Below the pieces are notes generated by a model, which saw nothing but the letters and a program-made list of their open reading frames with translations, had not been told where the DNA came from and did no database searches. This document shows, piece by piece, positions 41,201-53,128 of a DNA stretch of 64,000 bases. The position numbers and the translations under genes were made by a program. The first letter of the stretch is position 1, and each line of letters opens with the position of its first letter. Location of the stretch: the NCBI GenBank assembly GCA_964057225.1, contig OZ059899.1:7254001-7318000 (forward strand), read 5' to 3'. Source of the stretch: Auanema rhodensis. Its lineage: Eukaryota; Animalia; Nematoda.

Positions 41201-42250
41201 CTCCATCGCCATCAAAGAGCTACTGCAAGCAGTGTCTACCGTTAGAGTTGGCCCGGTACAACCAAATATATAGCTAATGCGACCAGCAACAACAGATGCC
41301 ATGCTGCCTAACATGGATAATACTCCAGTTTGTGTTGTTTCAGCCAAAATCATGGGGTATTCTGTTTCCATCAGACCTACGAATACACCGATTCTGTCTT
41401 GGTTGGGACAACTTTTCTCTGAGCTGTCTGGTTTCCGAACAAAATGATCCGGAAGGAGTCCAGCATTTTCTAAGCATTCGTAAACACATTCTAGCAAAAG
41501 TCGCTGTTGAGGATCAATTAGTTCAGCTTCACTTCGACTTATTCGGAATAAGGAATGATCAAAACCAAATACTTCCGAATCATTAAGAAAGTTACCTCCC
41601 TCTAATGCTTTTCCATACTTAATACCTCGAATAAGATCATCACGAGTTGGTATGCGATTAGCAGGAATTCTTTTGTTTGGATTTTGCTTAGAGATTAAAC
41701 TATTCCAAAAATCATCGGGATTCTTGACTCCTCCTGGTATTCTGCATGATGCTGTTATAACACCTATTTCAATAGCTTGATTATTCTCATGATTAAAAGC
41801 CTATTAATAGATTTTTTTTATCAATTTGAAAATGAGAAAAAATCTTACGTTTTGTTTAGATCCGGGAATTCTCTCGCCTTGATTATCTTCTGCAATTTCC
41901 ATGCAATCTATTTCCAGCTTTTTAATAGCTTTAGCCAATGATCTAACGCTAATTTCAGTTTTTACATCAATATCCGTCAAGTTAATTCCAAACACAGTTT
42001 TAACACTTCTTTTCTAAAATTATCTTAAACATTAAGAACATAGAATCTAACTTACCACTTCATTCCTTACTTGTTCTGAATTCTTTATTGTTTCTAGCAC
42101 ATTCTCAGTGTCTGACACAGCTAATGGTTGGATATTGTGAATTATATCACGCAGCTTGAGAATCTGTGCAATGTCCATTTTAGAGTTAAAATGTAGTTCA
42201 ACAGTAAGGGTTCTGTGGGCCTTCTTGTGCCTTTCTAGTAAAATGAACAT
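23299..42250 (-). CDS. pks-1: Hybrid polyketide synthase-nonribosomal peptide synthetase (nemamide synthase PKS-1 type), ~6,000 aa, ~15 exons
   Basis: Domain order: CP-like, KS1 (DTACSSS/HGTGT/GHSE), AT/DH remnants, ACP (GLDSL), ACP (GLDSI), KR1, AT (GHSIG/YPFH), DH (HVVKDEVIIP...LIDA), KS2 (DTACSSS), KR2, ACP (GIDSL), KS3 (SACSTS), AT (GHSIG/KGFH), KR3, ACP (GGNSL), C (AHILTDG), A (TSGSTGQPKG, YGPTE, SGKVD), PCP (GGHSL), TE (GHSLG..DSW..GDH). All ORFs join in frame through spliceosomal introns. Confidence 0.93.
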
Positions 42251-43045
42251 CTGAACAGTCAGAGCTCAATGGACGATAATCGATTCTAATTATGATTCCG
42301 TCTCAATTGTCGAGTTGTCCATTGTGGTAAACACCACTGTAATTAGCTGAATTTTGTTTCGAAGTACACTGAAATTATTGTTTATCCAATAAATTTTTGA
42401 CAGTGCATGGTGAGATATGCATCACTAATTTTGGTAAAAATGTTATTTGTTGACAGCGAAATGAATATATTCTAGAATGTTTCAACTTTTTGAAAATATT
42501 TGTCGGAATATTTCTTGTGTTCAAAATATGGGTCTTTGTTCTCACTGTTTTACCAAGTGAGAAAGAACAAGTGAGAAAGAAAAACGGAATTTGACCGCAA
42601 ATTGACTACGAAAAATATGGGTCAGGCAACCTGATAGCGTCCTTCATTCACTTCCAATGTTATTTCACAATTTTATATTTGAGGGTTGGTGGTACAAGAC
42701 TTTTTTGTTTCAAATAATTTCCCTAATGAAATTCCAATTCTGATTTCATTCAATATATATTTTTTTTAAATAACCATACAACTGATTGAAAGCGTTTGCA
42801 GCTAATGACTATTATGTGTCATATATTATAATCAAATAAACTCAGGAAAAAATTCATTAGGCTATTGAATCACCGTACTCTTATGTAGAATCGACAATGA
42901 CCTCAAACAAATCAACAAATGAACAAGAACATGAAAAGAAATAACAAGTATAAAAGTTTAGTTATTCGGAATTTAAAATTTTAACACCGAAAATTATGAA
43001 CAGCCGGGCAGATGAGGGATGGATAAGATTACCGATAGTCAGCTT

Positions 43046-45300
43046 TTATGAGACTTTGAGCAACTTCAACTCTTCCATAAGTTGTTTTTCGGTGTTTATT
43101 TTATCAATTTGGTTCTTTTGCAGGGGTTCTCCATTTGCCATCTTTTCTTTAAGTTTTTCAATATCTTGAAGTTTTTTGTTGATGTTGAACATTTTTCTAT
43201 CGATTTCGGACATTTGAGGCTTCACAGCAGAAGCAGCTTTACCCTTATTACTGTCAGGGGCTAAAATGAATGATTTCACATTATATGACATTGTGTGAAG
43301 CAAGTTACCTCCTCCAGCACCAGCTTTACCACGAAGATGAGGAGGCACATAGGCTCCTGCCTGACGAACGGCACCAGCTGGTAGATTATTTAAAGGATGG
43401 CTGGCATCCTTAAAATTAACATAAAAAAATAAATCCAACTTCATCCTACTTTCTTTTTAATTAAGAGACCAGCTTGCATCTTATCAATTTTAGAAAGCTC
43501 CTTCACTTCGAATTTGTTATAACCTAACATGGGGCGGAACTTGACTTGCCATAGTTCTTCTTTAGGAGAATCATATTCAACCTCATGTATGAGACGCCCA
43601 GAATAATGCCAAAGTCTGAAAAAAAATGTTAAAAAAAAAGATAAATTCACTTTTACCTATAACAATTATCAATTCTGAGACGAGGGGCAGTTGTAGCAGT
43701 AATGAAATGCTGACCATCAGGTGCCCATTGGAATTGAGTTGTATTTGGAACATCGATCTACAAAATAAATAAATGTCGATACGTTATCGTGTTGTATAAG
43801 CTTACAGAATTTATTAGCTTCTTCTTCTCCACATCCCAGAATTCCATCAAACCCCTCGAAAGATTTCCAAAACCACAAGTAAGAAGAATATTTCCAAAAG
43901 CATTATAGTGAACTTCATTCCTTGGTCCTTCATCGGCATCAAAAATAGGCTCTCCACGGGTATTATAGATAGTTAACTTAAACATGTCAATAAGAGAAAA
44001 ACATAAAGAAAAGCTAACTTTTGCTGGCATAAATCCGTAACACACAGCGAATTCCTTTCCATTAGGATTCCATTCAGCAGAATATACAGATCCTTTCTTT
44101 CCAAGAGGAACCATGAAAGATTCATCGCTTTGGACATTAATTAAGAAAACCTGATAATTTAAAAATAACATATTCAAGTCAGGCAAATAACTCACACTTT
44201 GCTCTCCATAGTAAGATTGATTAGATTTATCAACATCAACACTAGTCTTTATTAGAACAGCAGTTCCTATAAATGAAAATGGAGAATCCTCTACGTATCT
44301 CAGAAAAAAGCCTACCTTTTTGATTCCAAACTAGTTCTGAGGTATCAGCTTTGAAAAAGGTTTTATTTGCCACCATTGGAAAATCGGGTGCAAGCTTCCG
44401 AACTTGTACACGAGCAGGAGCGGACTAAAACATATAATTGAATCATTAATTCATTAAATGTAATTTCCATACTCCACTAGGGGCTATATGACAAGCAATG
44501 TATAGGGGACCGTTTCCTGGACTAAGAGCAAAGTTACAAATGCCAGGAAGAACCAGTTTTTCTTCATACCGATCTGAATAAATTTCAAAATTAAAATTGA
44601 GCTTAAAAGAGTTTCGAACTCAAGTTTCCATTTTTGTATATAAGGAGTTCACTTCCAACAAGACGAATACAAATTGATTCGTCGTCGGACCATTGAGGTT
44701 GCCAGATAGACTATGGATATATGATTCTAGATTATCAATACAATATACCTACCTCTTTCTGAGCAATCATCGTAGCTAAATGCTTCTTTTCTCCTAAATG
44801 ATATAATCTGAGGTTAGGTTCAGGTTTTTGATCAGCGTGAGTCTAAGTATATAGATTATGACCCTACAGTTGTGTTACTTTACCTTTCTTCCATAAATTG
44901 CATATTGTTCAAAAGTGAATAAGTAAGTATCTTTAGGAGAATAAGAAAAAGCTTTTGTTCTCTTCAGATCCAAAGAAAGAATTTCCTTCCCAGTAGCTGG
45001 CTCAATTACTCTTGTTCTAACAAGAATTCATAAGAAAAAGCTCTCTTAAATCACCTACCTTTGAGTATCACAATAAGAGAACAAATGGCCAGCGTTACTG
45101 AAGGCAAATACCTCGCAGGGATTTTGCTTAGGATTCCTAAAATTAATAATGAATATGATTTAATTGCTTCCGGCCTTCTGTATTTTTTGAAGGATATAAA
45201 CTAACTCTTTATCTTCGAAAAGAATTGAAGAAGAGGAAAGACCTCTCTTCATGGAGAGCCCTGAGCTTCCGCGAACTGCATATACCAGGTTATCACCCAT
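43046..45300 (-). CDS. eif-2A: Eukaryotic translation initiation factor 2A
   Basis: MGDNLVYAVRGSSG..., beta-propeller motifs (DVDKSNQSYYGE, YGFMPAK, GFGNL, TATTAPRLRIDN), AYVPPHLR, and C-terminal KKLQDIEKLK..LQKNQIDKI. Confidence 0.95.
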
Positions 45301-45639
45301 AGTTGCTTTCAAAGCTTACACTTCAAATATAATATTTTAATTTTGCAAAAATTAATTGAAATATAATAAAAAAACGAAAGTTTACAAATCCAATTGTTTT
45401 TATTTGAATGGTGAATTTAAAGGAGTTTTCAGATGGTTCCGACACGATTGCGTGTTCATCCGCCGGTAACTGAACAATCGGTGTCATGATTGACGCACCT
45501 TTTTTGGTTTGAAGAGTTTTAATTATTTAATTATTTAAATTATCTGTTTTGCATATTCTAATTTTTTCATAAATAAAGAAACAAAATATTTATATTTTTA
45601 CAGTGATTATTTTGAAGAAAATTCAATCATTTTTAAAGG

Positions 45640-46610
45640 ATGAATGATCGCATGGCCACGGATCGGATAAATATGGCTTTAAACATGATAAAATCAAAAT
45701 ACGAGGTTTAATTTTTTAATATTTAATTTTTTTAATATGTAAATTTTTTTTCCTTCAGAGAGATGAAGGTTTGCAAATTCTGGATGAAATTCAAATGACT
45801 GTGCTACAGTTGCATGAAACTGGAGCTGGTCAAAAAATTTGTCGAGTATTCCGTTCTTCACGGTTACATTTTTTAAATTTATTATTCAGCAGAATTTTTT
45901 TCAGCTATTTTGATCGTGCTAAAGCTTTGCATAAGAAGTGGATCCCCACAGCTGATAAAGAACTGATTGAACGTTGGGATGAACTGAAACATTTGTGGCT
46001 TTCAAAGAGCGAAATTAAAGAGTTAGAGAGAGCTCAAGCTAAATATGATAAAGGTAATTTGCTTTATTTAATATTGTTTCAAAATTTGTTTAAAGCACAT
46101 CACGTGGTTGATATAAAATCACCCATTCCTATAACTCCTGGGCGTCAACGTCACGATTCCACCGATCCCAATTCTAGCTTTACAAGAGATATCGATATTC
46201 TTTCTAAAGAAAATGATCGATGGTTCATGGGTATTTTTTAAATATATTTACTTGTAATTTTGTGCTTAATATAGACGGTGTGACTTTACCAGCTATTCCT
46301 CGTACACCCCGTGCACGTGAGGTTGACGACTCCTTCGATGATTCTTTTTTGGATTCCGAGAGCTCAAACATAAGCGATTTTCAATTTGGGGTATTATATT
46401 CTTCTTCTTTTTTTGATTATCCAAGAGTTTTAGATACCAGAACGTCGTCCTCGTGGAAGACCTCGCAAAAACGCAGCCTTATCGGGCTCGAGAGGACGAG
46501 GATCCTCTCGACGAGTAAGTCATTTCATTGGTTTTAGCGCATGCATAGGTCACGTGGTGCCCAACGCATTAATTTGCTTTTTTCAGGGTCGACGTGGGCG
46601 ATACCAATAG
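45640..46610 (+). CDS. Small nuclear protein with TFIIS N-terminal (LW/TND)-like helical domain and C-terminal AT-hook/RG tail
   Basis: GLQILDEIQMTVLQLHETGAGQKICRV...AKALHKKW resembles TFIIS-N. C-terminal exon RRPRGRPRK...SRGRGSSRR|GRRGRYQ*. Confidence 0.65.
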
Positions 46611-47019
46611 GTCCATACCATTTCATAATATTTTATCCATTTTTTGAATTAGAAAGGATAGCTTAAAATTTCATTATGCTTTCAATATTTTTTACTGATC
46701 TGATTTTCTTATCTTTTTGTCTGATCTCTTTAATGGCTAGCTTTCTATTTTGCTTTACTCACTTTTCATTTTATTTAATCTTTTAATTTTTATAAGTTGT
46801 CTTCCTCATTTTCTATTCTCTAATATTCTTAAATTCTTGTGTGACTTCGTAATGCATGTTCAGACTTTCTGCTATCTGATTTCCTAATTGCTGTTACGCT
46901 TGTACCACGGTCTTTGTGTTTTGTCGTTGTTGTCTTCACTTCAGTGTCTTTGCCTGTCCCTATCTCCTCTCGTCCGTCCGTGTGCTGCTGCTGTGACCCG
47001 GAGGCTGGGTAGTAGAAGA

Positions 47020-47100
47020 TGAAGAAGAGAGAAAATGAGAAACAGAGAGGGAGAGAAAGAGAGACAGCAGCAGCCTAGCTAGCAAAGTAGCAGAGAGAGT
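47020..47100. repeat. GA-rich low-complexity tract within GC-rich putative promoter/5' region of ain-1
   Basis: GAGAGAAAATGAGAAACAGAGAGGGAGAGAAAGAGAGACAG... Confidence 0.5.
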
Positions 47101-48394
47101 CTTTTTGTGTGTCCGTCCCCCATCGTTGCCCCCTGTGTGTGCAGCAGCCGGCGACGAAGGGCGAGATGCGATGTGTGCGCGTGAATAACCGAGTGGTGGT
47201 GGCTGGGGGTTGCCCCGTGTATCGATTGTTGCGAGAGACGCAGAGGATCGACGACTGCGACGCCGCCACCGACCACTCCCCCATTACGACCGCTTCACCA
47301 CTGGCTCTTTCACCACCATCACCATCACTACAGCCCACGATTTCGATGATTCTTTCCGTTTTAGTAATTTCTTTTTGTAGTTTTTCATAGTTATCTAATT
47401 TCATGTCATATGCTAATTATATTTCTCAAATTTTCTATGTTTTTGTATGTTTTTTCTTATAGAAATAGTTGTCAAAAGACTCAGACGTTATTGCAACTTC
47501 TACCGACCCGAAATTTCTATGTTATACTCGTATCGCATCGATCATTTTCATGTATTAGACACTTGTGAACCTTATCACAATCATTGTCCTGTGTGTTTTA
47601 TCTCCGGTTTGTGTGGTTTGTTTCGCTTGTTATGACAGTTTTGTTGGTAACCTATTTTCAATTTCCCGTGAATCATATCCACTAAAGTTAGTTATCCTTT
47701 GGAAAAATTAGGATGATACTCACCTCATTACCGATTATTACTTTTATTCACATTCCTACTATGCCTTCTCTCTATACATTAATCTTATGTTTTGCTATCA
47801 ATCGAACTGGCTGCATATCGCTGTCTTACTGATTTGATACGAGCGTTGTCATATTTTATTGCCACATCGTCTAATTTGGAAAATATCTTCTATTTCGAGG
47901 GCGTCTGAATTAATGTGCGCTCCACTTACGGGCCTTGGCATTATAATTAGGATATGATTATTATATTGTGGTTGACGGTGGTGGCAACTGAACTTTTGTG
48001 TTAAGAGTTACATCCTATTTGAAAATGCTTAGACTCCTTTTGGTTACTATATGTATGATATCTTCTGTTCAGGCCTTATTTTCTTGTATACTATGAAGAT
48101 ATTGCCGTTCATCCTCGCGTGTCTGCTAGCCTTCCCTTCCGTTGTAATTTTTTTCTGAATGAATCTCCTCTCAGATGCGGTTTATCTTAGCCTCTATTTT
48201 GAAATTATCCTTTCTAAATGCTTGCTAAATTACCGTTCAAATATTCCTTTATCTTCCCTCTCAGTCTTTTTTTATATTTTACATATTGCATTGTTTTTCT
48301 TGTTGTGTTTGATAGGCTTTTAAATCTCATAAATAAAATTATTTTCAGGTCCTTAGGTCAGGTAACGGACTTTTTCTAGGTCTGCAAGACTAAG

Positions 48395-50843
48395 ATGGAT
48401 CTGGAAAGAGGTGTCTCTAATATCAAACTAGATGAAAATCCGTGGCGGTCACAGCATGATCAGGGTTCACAGGTTAATTTTATTTAAAAGTCTGGTTTTT
48501 ATTAATATTTTTAGTCATGGGGTGGACCTATGCCAGGAGCTGCTTCTGGAAGTAACCCCGGCTGGGGTCATATGAGTCCACAGCAAATGAGAAATCCATG
48601 GCCTGATGGCAATTTAGGTTAGTTTTTTTTAAAGTAGTTTAAGCTCTTAGTTTTCAATTTCAGCACAAAACGTGAACGACGCTCTCGGAATTAGTGGTCC
48701 TCCAGGACAAGGATGGGTACCTATGAGCGGGGCCCATGCAGATTTTAATGATAAAATTTGGAGCGATCCCCATGCTGAACCACAGCAATTTCAGTCTATG
48801 CATAATCATCACAGTATGTTTAAGACATATTTTATGCTAATTCTACATTTGTTACAGGAGGAATCAATGGCATGATGGACGCACCTGGCGATTGGGGAGG
48901 TGCTGGTCCTAATCAGTCACATCAACAGATGTGGAGTGATCCGCTCAAAGCGGAACAGGATGCTTACTGGAAACAGCAACAGCAACAACAACAGGTATAT
49001 TAGAATATTAACTTTGTCATGTAACTGATATTTTTTGAAGGCTGGAAACACATGGGGCATGCCACGTGGTGGGCCAATGGGTGGATTCCACATGGGTCCC
49101 CCCAATAATCATCCAAGAGGACATGAAGGACAGATGGGGGTTATGATGGGAATGCGAGTTCCTGCTCCAAATGGTAGGATATAAGTAGAATCTCCAACTT
49201 GAAACGTTTCGTTGTTAGGCTGGAATGCTCCACCAGGCGTGTACAGACCACAAGCACCTTCTGATCGTAATATTTGGGGACGTGGAGGAGGTCCTCCCAG
49301 AATGTCAGGACGTGGATATCATCCAGGAGGAGTAGATATGAGTGTTCCGCCACCGATTGATATGCCTGTATGCTGATCAATACGTCACAACCTTTACATT
49401 TTTATTAATTACAGGGGGAGATGCATATGCAAGGAGTGAGTCAAATGAGACAGATGCCACCTCCAAATAATATGATGGGAGGTATGTGGAAGCAAGAACC
49501 TATGGTTCCAAATGGAATGCGTTCAAATACATATGGACAGGTAATATCTATGCTATACTGAATGAAAAAATAACTACTGATTTAGTCTCAACAAGTTCCA
49601 TCACCTTTTGCTATGCCTTCAAAACCACAAGCTCCACCAGGACAATTTCCAATTGCTGGAGCTGATGATTTAATGTGGCACGATCCCAATGGAGATCTTA
49701 AGAAATGGCAACGTGACACTGGCGTTTCTTTGTGGGGCGACCCAGAAAAATGCAGTAAATATTTATATTAGCTTCTTTTAAAATCCTTAGGAATGCTCTA
49801 ACTTTCACCTTTGTGAGTTTCAGATGAAAGACCTGTACGATTGTGGGTTGTACCAGAAGGTGAGGAAGAAGACATCGAGGTTGCTTTGAGCAAATGCCCT
49901 ATTCCTCAAAAAAGAGTATGTTTTTCTAAGATAACTACTAATATATCATTTTCTTAAATAGAACGAAGATGGTAGTGCTCGTCTACCATTAAGTTTGCCC
50001 ACTAAGCGTCCAATTGTTGTAACAGGATGGGGAGAGCTTCCCGAAAACGATCCTAATAATCCATCTAAGCAAGGTACCGTTAGCTTCGGAAATTTTATTA
50101 TATATTTTCGCTCTTTAGATGATGGAACCAGTTCTAAATGGGGTGATATTACTCCTGTGCCTTCTAATGATGCTCCTTGGTATCTACCCAATCAACAACC
50201 TGCCTCTTTCTCTGCGGATGCTCCTTCCTCATGGGGACAACCTCCAGCAACCGGTAAAGGTTCGCCTATTATGGGATCAATGCAATCAGGCTCTTCAGAA
50301 AACTCAAACTTCAAGCACATCGCTGACCAGCTCAAATATGCCGTTGATAAGGTAAAAAATTTACTAGATTTTGTTTCATAGATTGGTTTTTAACTACTTC
50401 AGAGCTATCTCGACATTTCTATTCTTTCTCTTCCTTCACTGCCTCCACATGTTCTTCAAAATATAACGAGTCTTTTGACAAAAATTCCAATGCTTGAAAG
50501 CGTTCAAAACGAACTTAAAACTTTGGTTTGTTCTTGTTTTCTTTTCTTAGTAAATATAATTCCTTTTTAGACTGAAAGTGTACGCCCCGAGGGCGAGCTT
50601 GAGAGTAGTTCTCCTGTACGCTGGATGAATGAAGTCCAAAAGGTAATTCATATTTAAGTTTAACTTTATAGTTTTTTTTTCTAGGTTGAATACAACCGTC
50701 TCATCATTGATGTAACAACCGCTAATATAGAAGTTAGTGATCTTTCGAAGAAGATTAGTACAGGTCTTGCTGAAGCCGGTATGGCTCCTATGCCACAAGA
50801 TAGTAGCAGAGGAGATGCCTATCATTATTCCTTCCTGGAATAA
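48395..50843 (+). CDS. ain-1: GW182-like miRISC component AIN-1
   Basis: Many GW/WG dipeptides, DDLMWHDPNGDLKKWQRDTGVSLWGDPEK, IVVTGWGELP, and M-domain FKHIADQLKYAVDK..LDISIL..LPPHVL. Confidence 0.88.
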
Positions 50844-51870
50844 ATTCTAAACTGTGAAAGGTAGCCTTTACTGAATTAGCTAGAATAGTTTTCATGCCCC
50901 AAATTTACAGAGTCAGTGCCGTAATCATTGTACCTGAAAAGGTACGGTTTGTTACTTTAGTCCTCAAGGATTCTCTACAACTCAATTCTCCCGCAACGGG
51001 CCTTTACCAGCCTTTACAAATCTCATTTCTTTGCAGCTAATACGCGTTGCTTTGCTGATTCCCTTTTTTACTCTAGTAATGATGCTTATTTCGATTGTGA
51101 TCTGTAGAGATTCTCTATATGTAAGTAGCCTAATATTTCTTATGTTGTATTCTAGTTTGGCTCCCCTTCCCTTAGTCCCAAGATGTGTGCTCACAGCACA
51201 TGCCATCAATCAGTGACTAATAGTCTATTCTCTGGTGTGGGTCGTTAATTCTCGCGACTCCGTGTTTCCTTGTATGGGTTCACAATCTAATCCACGTAAT
51301 ACATGGCCACTACTAACCTCCGTATCACTTGTCTTTTCTGCATATTATTCTTTGTGTCCTCACACTCCCAATGACCCAAGCCTTAATCCTATTTCAATTT
51401 ATTTTGTGTTTCTCTTTATTTTGTCTTATTTGTTGCCAAAGCTGGATCTTCTGTTGTCCTGTCAAGTATTACTAACTATATAGTATAGCTAGGAAGTTAT
51501 GAAAACAACTAGAAGATATCTAGATAGTGTAAAAACAACTCAGATGGCCGAATGGGCAAATAGTAATAACTTGAAGTGATAATATCATCTATATCACCTT
51601 TAACTATATCATATAGTTAAGCTACGTAGTTAAGCTAATATATTAATCTTTTGCATTTATGATAACTTGAGTTTTCATCGAAATATAGAAATGTTTCATG
51701 TTCATAAGTTGTAAATGACTGCTAACTATATTATTTAGTTAACCTAATATAGTTAGACAAGATTCAATGATGGTTTTGTAACCACCAACCTTAAAGGGTC
51801 AAAAAATATATAATGTTCATATGTTCTTTGTTAATTATAGATAATTACTGATAAAAACCTGTTCAAACTA

Positions 51871-51985
51871 AGCGCGAAAACTCCTGCGCCGCGAGGACAC
51901 GCGAAAAGTGAGCTGATCGGAGGATTATCAAATTACCAATTTTTTTTTTCGGATTTTTTTGTGATTTCGGGATTTCTTGTGTATA
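51871..51985 (+). promoter_or_regulatory. GC-rich promoter-like element with two E2F-type sites and ~10-bp phased T-tracts
   Basis: GCGCGAAAA at 51872 and CGCGAAAA at 51900; GATTT repeated at ~51952, 51963 and 51971. Confidence 0.5.
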
Positions 51986-52456
51986 TCCTATGTCATTCGT
52001 CTCGAAGTCAGGTACTGATTTCGGATTCTTAATTTATATTGTTGTCCTAGCTCTCTCCCTCTCCCTCTATCTCGCAAGAGCTTTCATTTGATAAACTTTG
52101 TTTAAATTTCAAACTGTTTATTTGATTTTATGCCAAAATAGCCTTTCTGTTTAGAATGAGGAACCCATTTAACCACAACACCTTTATACAGACTATCATT
52201 GATGTATTCCTAATTGAATTTTATCTAGCAATGTGAAATATTTTTCAGTTTAACTCGGGAATGATTGCAGGGCTTAATGTGAGTCAATTGTACGGATTTG
52301 TAGTTGTGAAGGCCAGCTTTGATAGTTTTGAAAACATCTTTAACAAACGGCTTTTTCTTGATACTGCCCGAAATTTGACTTTTGAATTAAATGTATGAGA
52401 AAAAATTAATACTCACTCTAGGTTTCTGCTTGCTGAAGCTTAGGAAGAAAGTCTAT

Positions 52457-52516
52457 TGACGTCACCTCACGTGTTTCACGCATCGCTCTTCGCTCATTTT
52501 TCGACGGTTTGACGTG
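52457..52516. promoter_or_regulatory. CRE (TGACGTCA) + E-box (TCACGTG) + TGACGTG cluster
   Basis: TGACGTCA at 52457-52464, CACGTG at 52468-52473, TGACGTG at ~52510. Confidence 0.4.
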
Positions 52517-52856
52517 CAAAGCGGTTGCTTCTCCCTGTTCTTTCTATCCGTCCTTATCTCTTGTTCTCTTGGATATATATTTCTTGTTCTTCATGGGGGA
52601 AACTTGTGGGTGCTTTTGCTTCTCAATCCAGTGTCTTTAACTCTCGTTGAAAAATATTTCACTTCCTCTTCTCAGTTTCAGATCAATTATAATGATGAAT
52701 TAAGCTCATTGAATGCTTACTATATGTTTCGTTTTGTACATATATGTAGATATCTATGATCGTACTTGTCTTTAATTGAGTAAACCTTGGAATATTTCAA
52801 TAAAAATATCATTTATGCAGTTAGACTTGTATTTTTTTTATGGATAAATATAGCAA

Positions 52857-53128
52857 TGTGCAATCTGAGTTCGGGCGACCTAACCTGCCGGCAAACACGT
52901 TTTCTAATAACCAATGTGCAAAATACTCGTTAGGTATATCTACCCCCCAGACTCTTTTTGAGGTCAGGGGGTCGCCATACTCCGCAAGATGATATACCCG
53001 ATATGTGCGATAAATGATGAATGTTGGACCATAAAAGGATCAATTTTTTAAACATGAAAGGGATCAAAAAAATTGTATCAATGATGTTGCTTCACTTTAA
53101 TAAAAATATTCACCGGCAGGAATCTAGG
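52857..53128 (-). ncRNA. Candidate structured non-coding RNA (family not identified)
   Basis: Multiple nested and crossing helices. The closing helix (52884-52918 with 53093-53120) has six G-U pairs on the minus strand, which are A-C mismatches on the plus strand. Confidence 0.45.

Noticed and set aside
42250-43046. eIF2A-pks-1 operon
   Set aside because: Same strand, but the ~800-bp spacing is well above the typical ~100-nt intercistronic distance; no SL2 evidence is available.
47075-47404. Three overlapping ORFs in a GC-rich island
   Set aside because: Stop-poor GC-rich promoter/5' region upstream of ain-1, with no protein motifs.
52878-52886. ACCTAACCT as a telomerase template on the + strand
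   Set aside because: It would encode TTAGG rather than the usual nematode TTAGGC, it is sequestered in predicted helices, and the G-U bias favours the minus strand. Revisit only if the species' telomere repeat is TTAGG.
52874-52998. HDV-like or hammerhead ribozyme
   Set aside because: The P1/P2 crossing topology is similar to HDV, but there is no 3-bp P3/L3, P1.1 or P4, and no CUGAUGA/GAAA hammerhead core.
52691-53020. C/D snoRNAs from ATGATGA boxes at 52692 and 53014
   Set aside because: No properly spaced CTGA D box or convincing rRNA guide.
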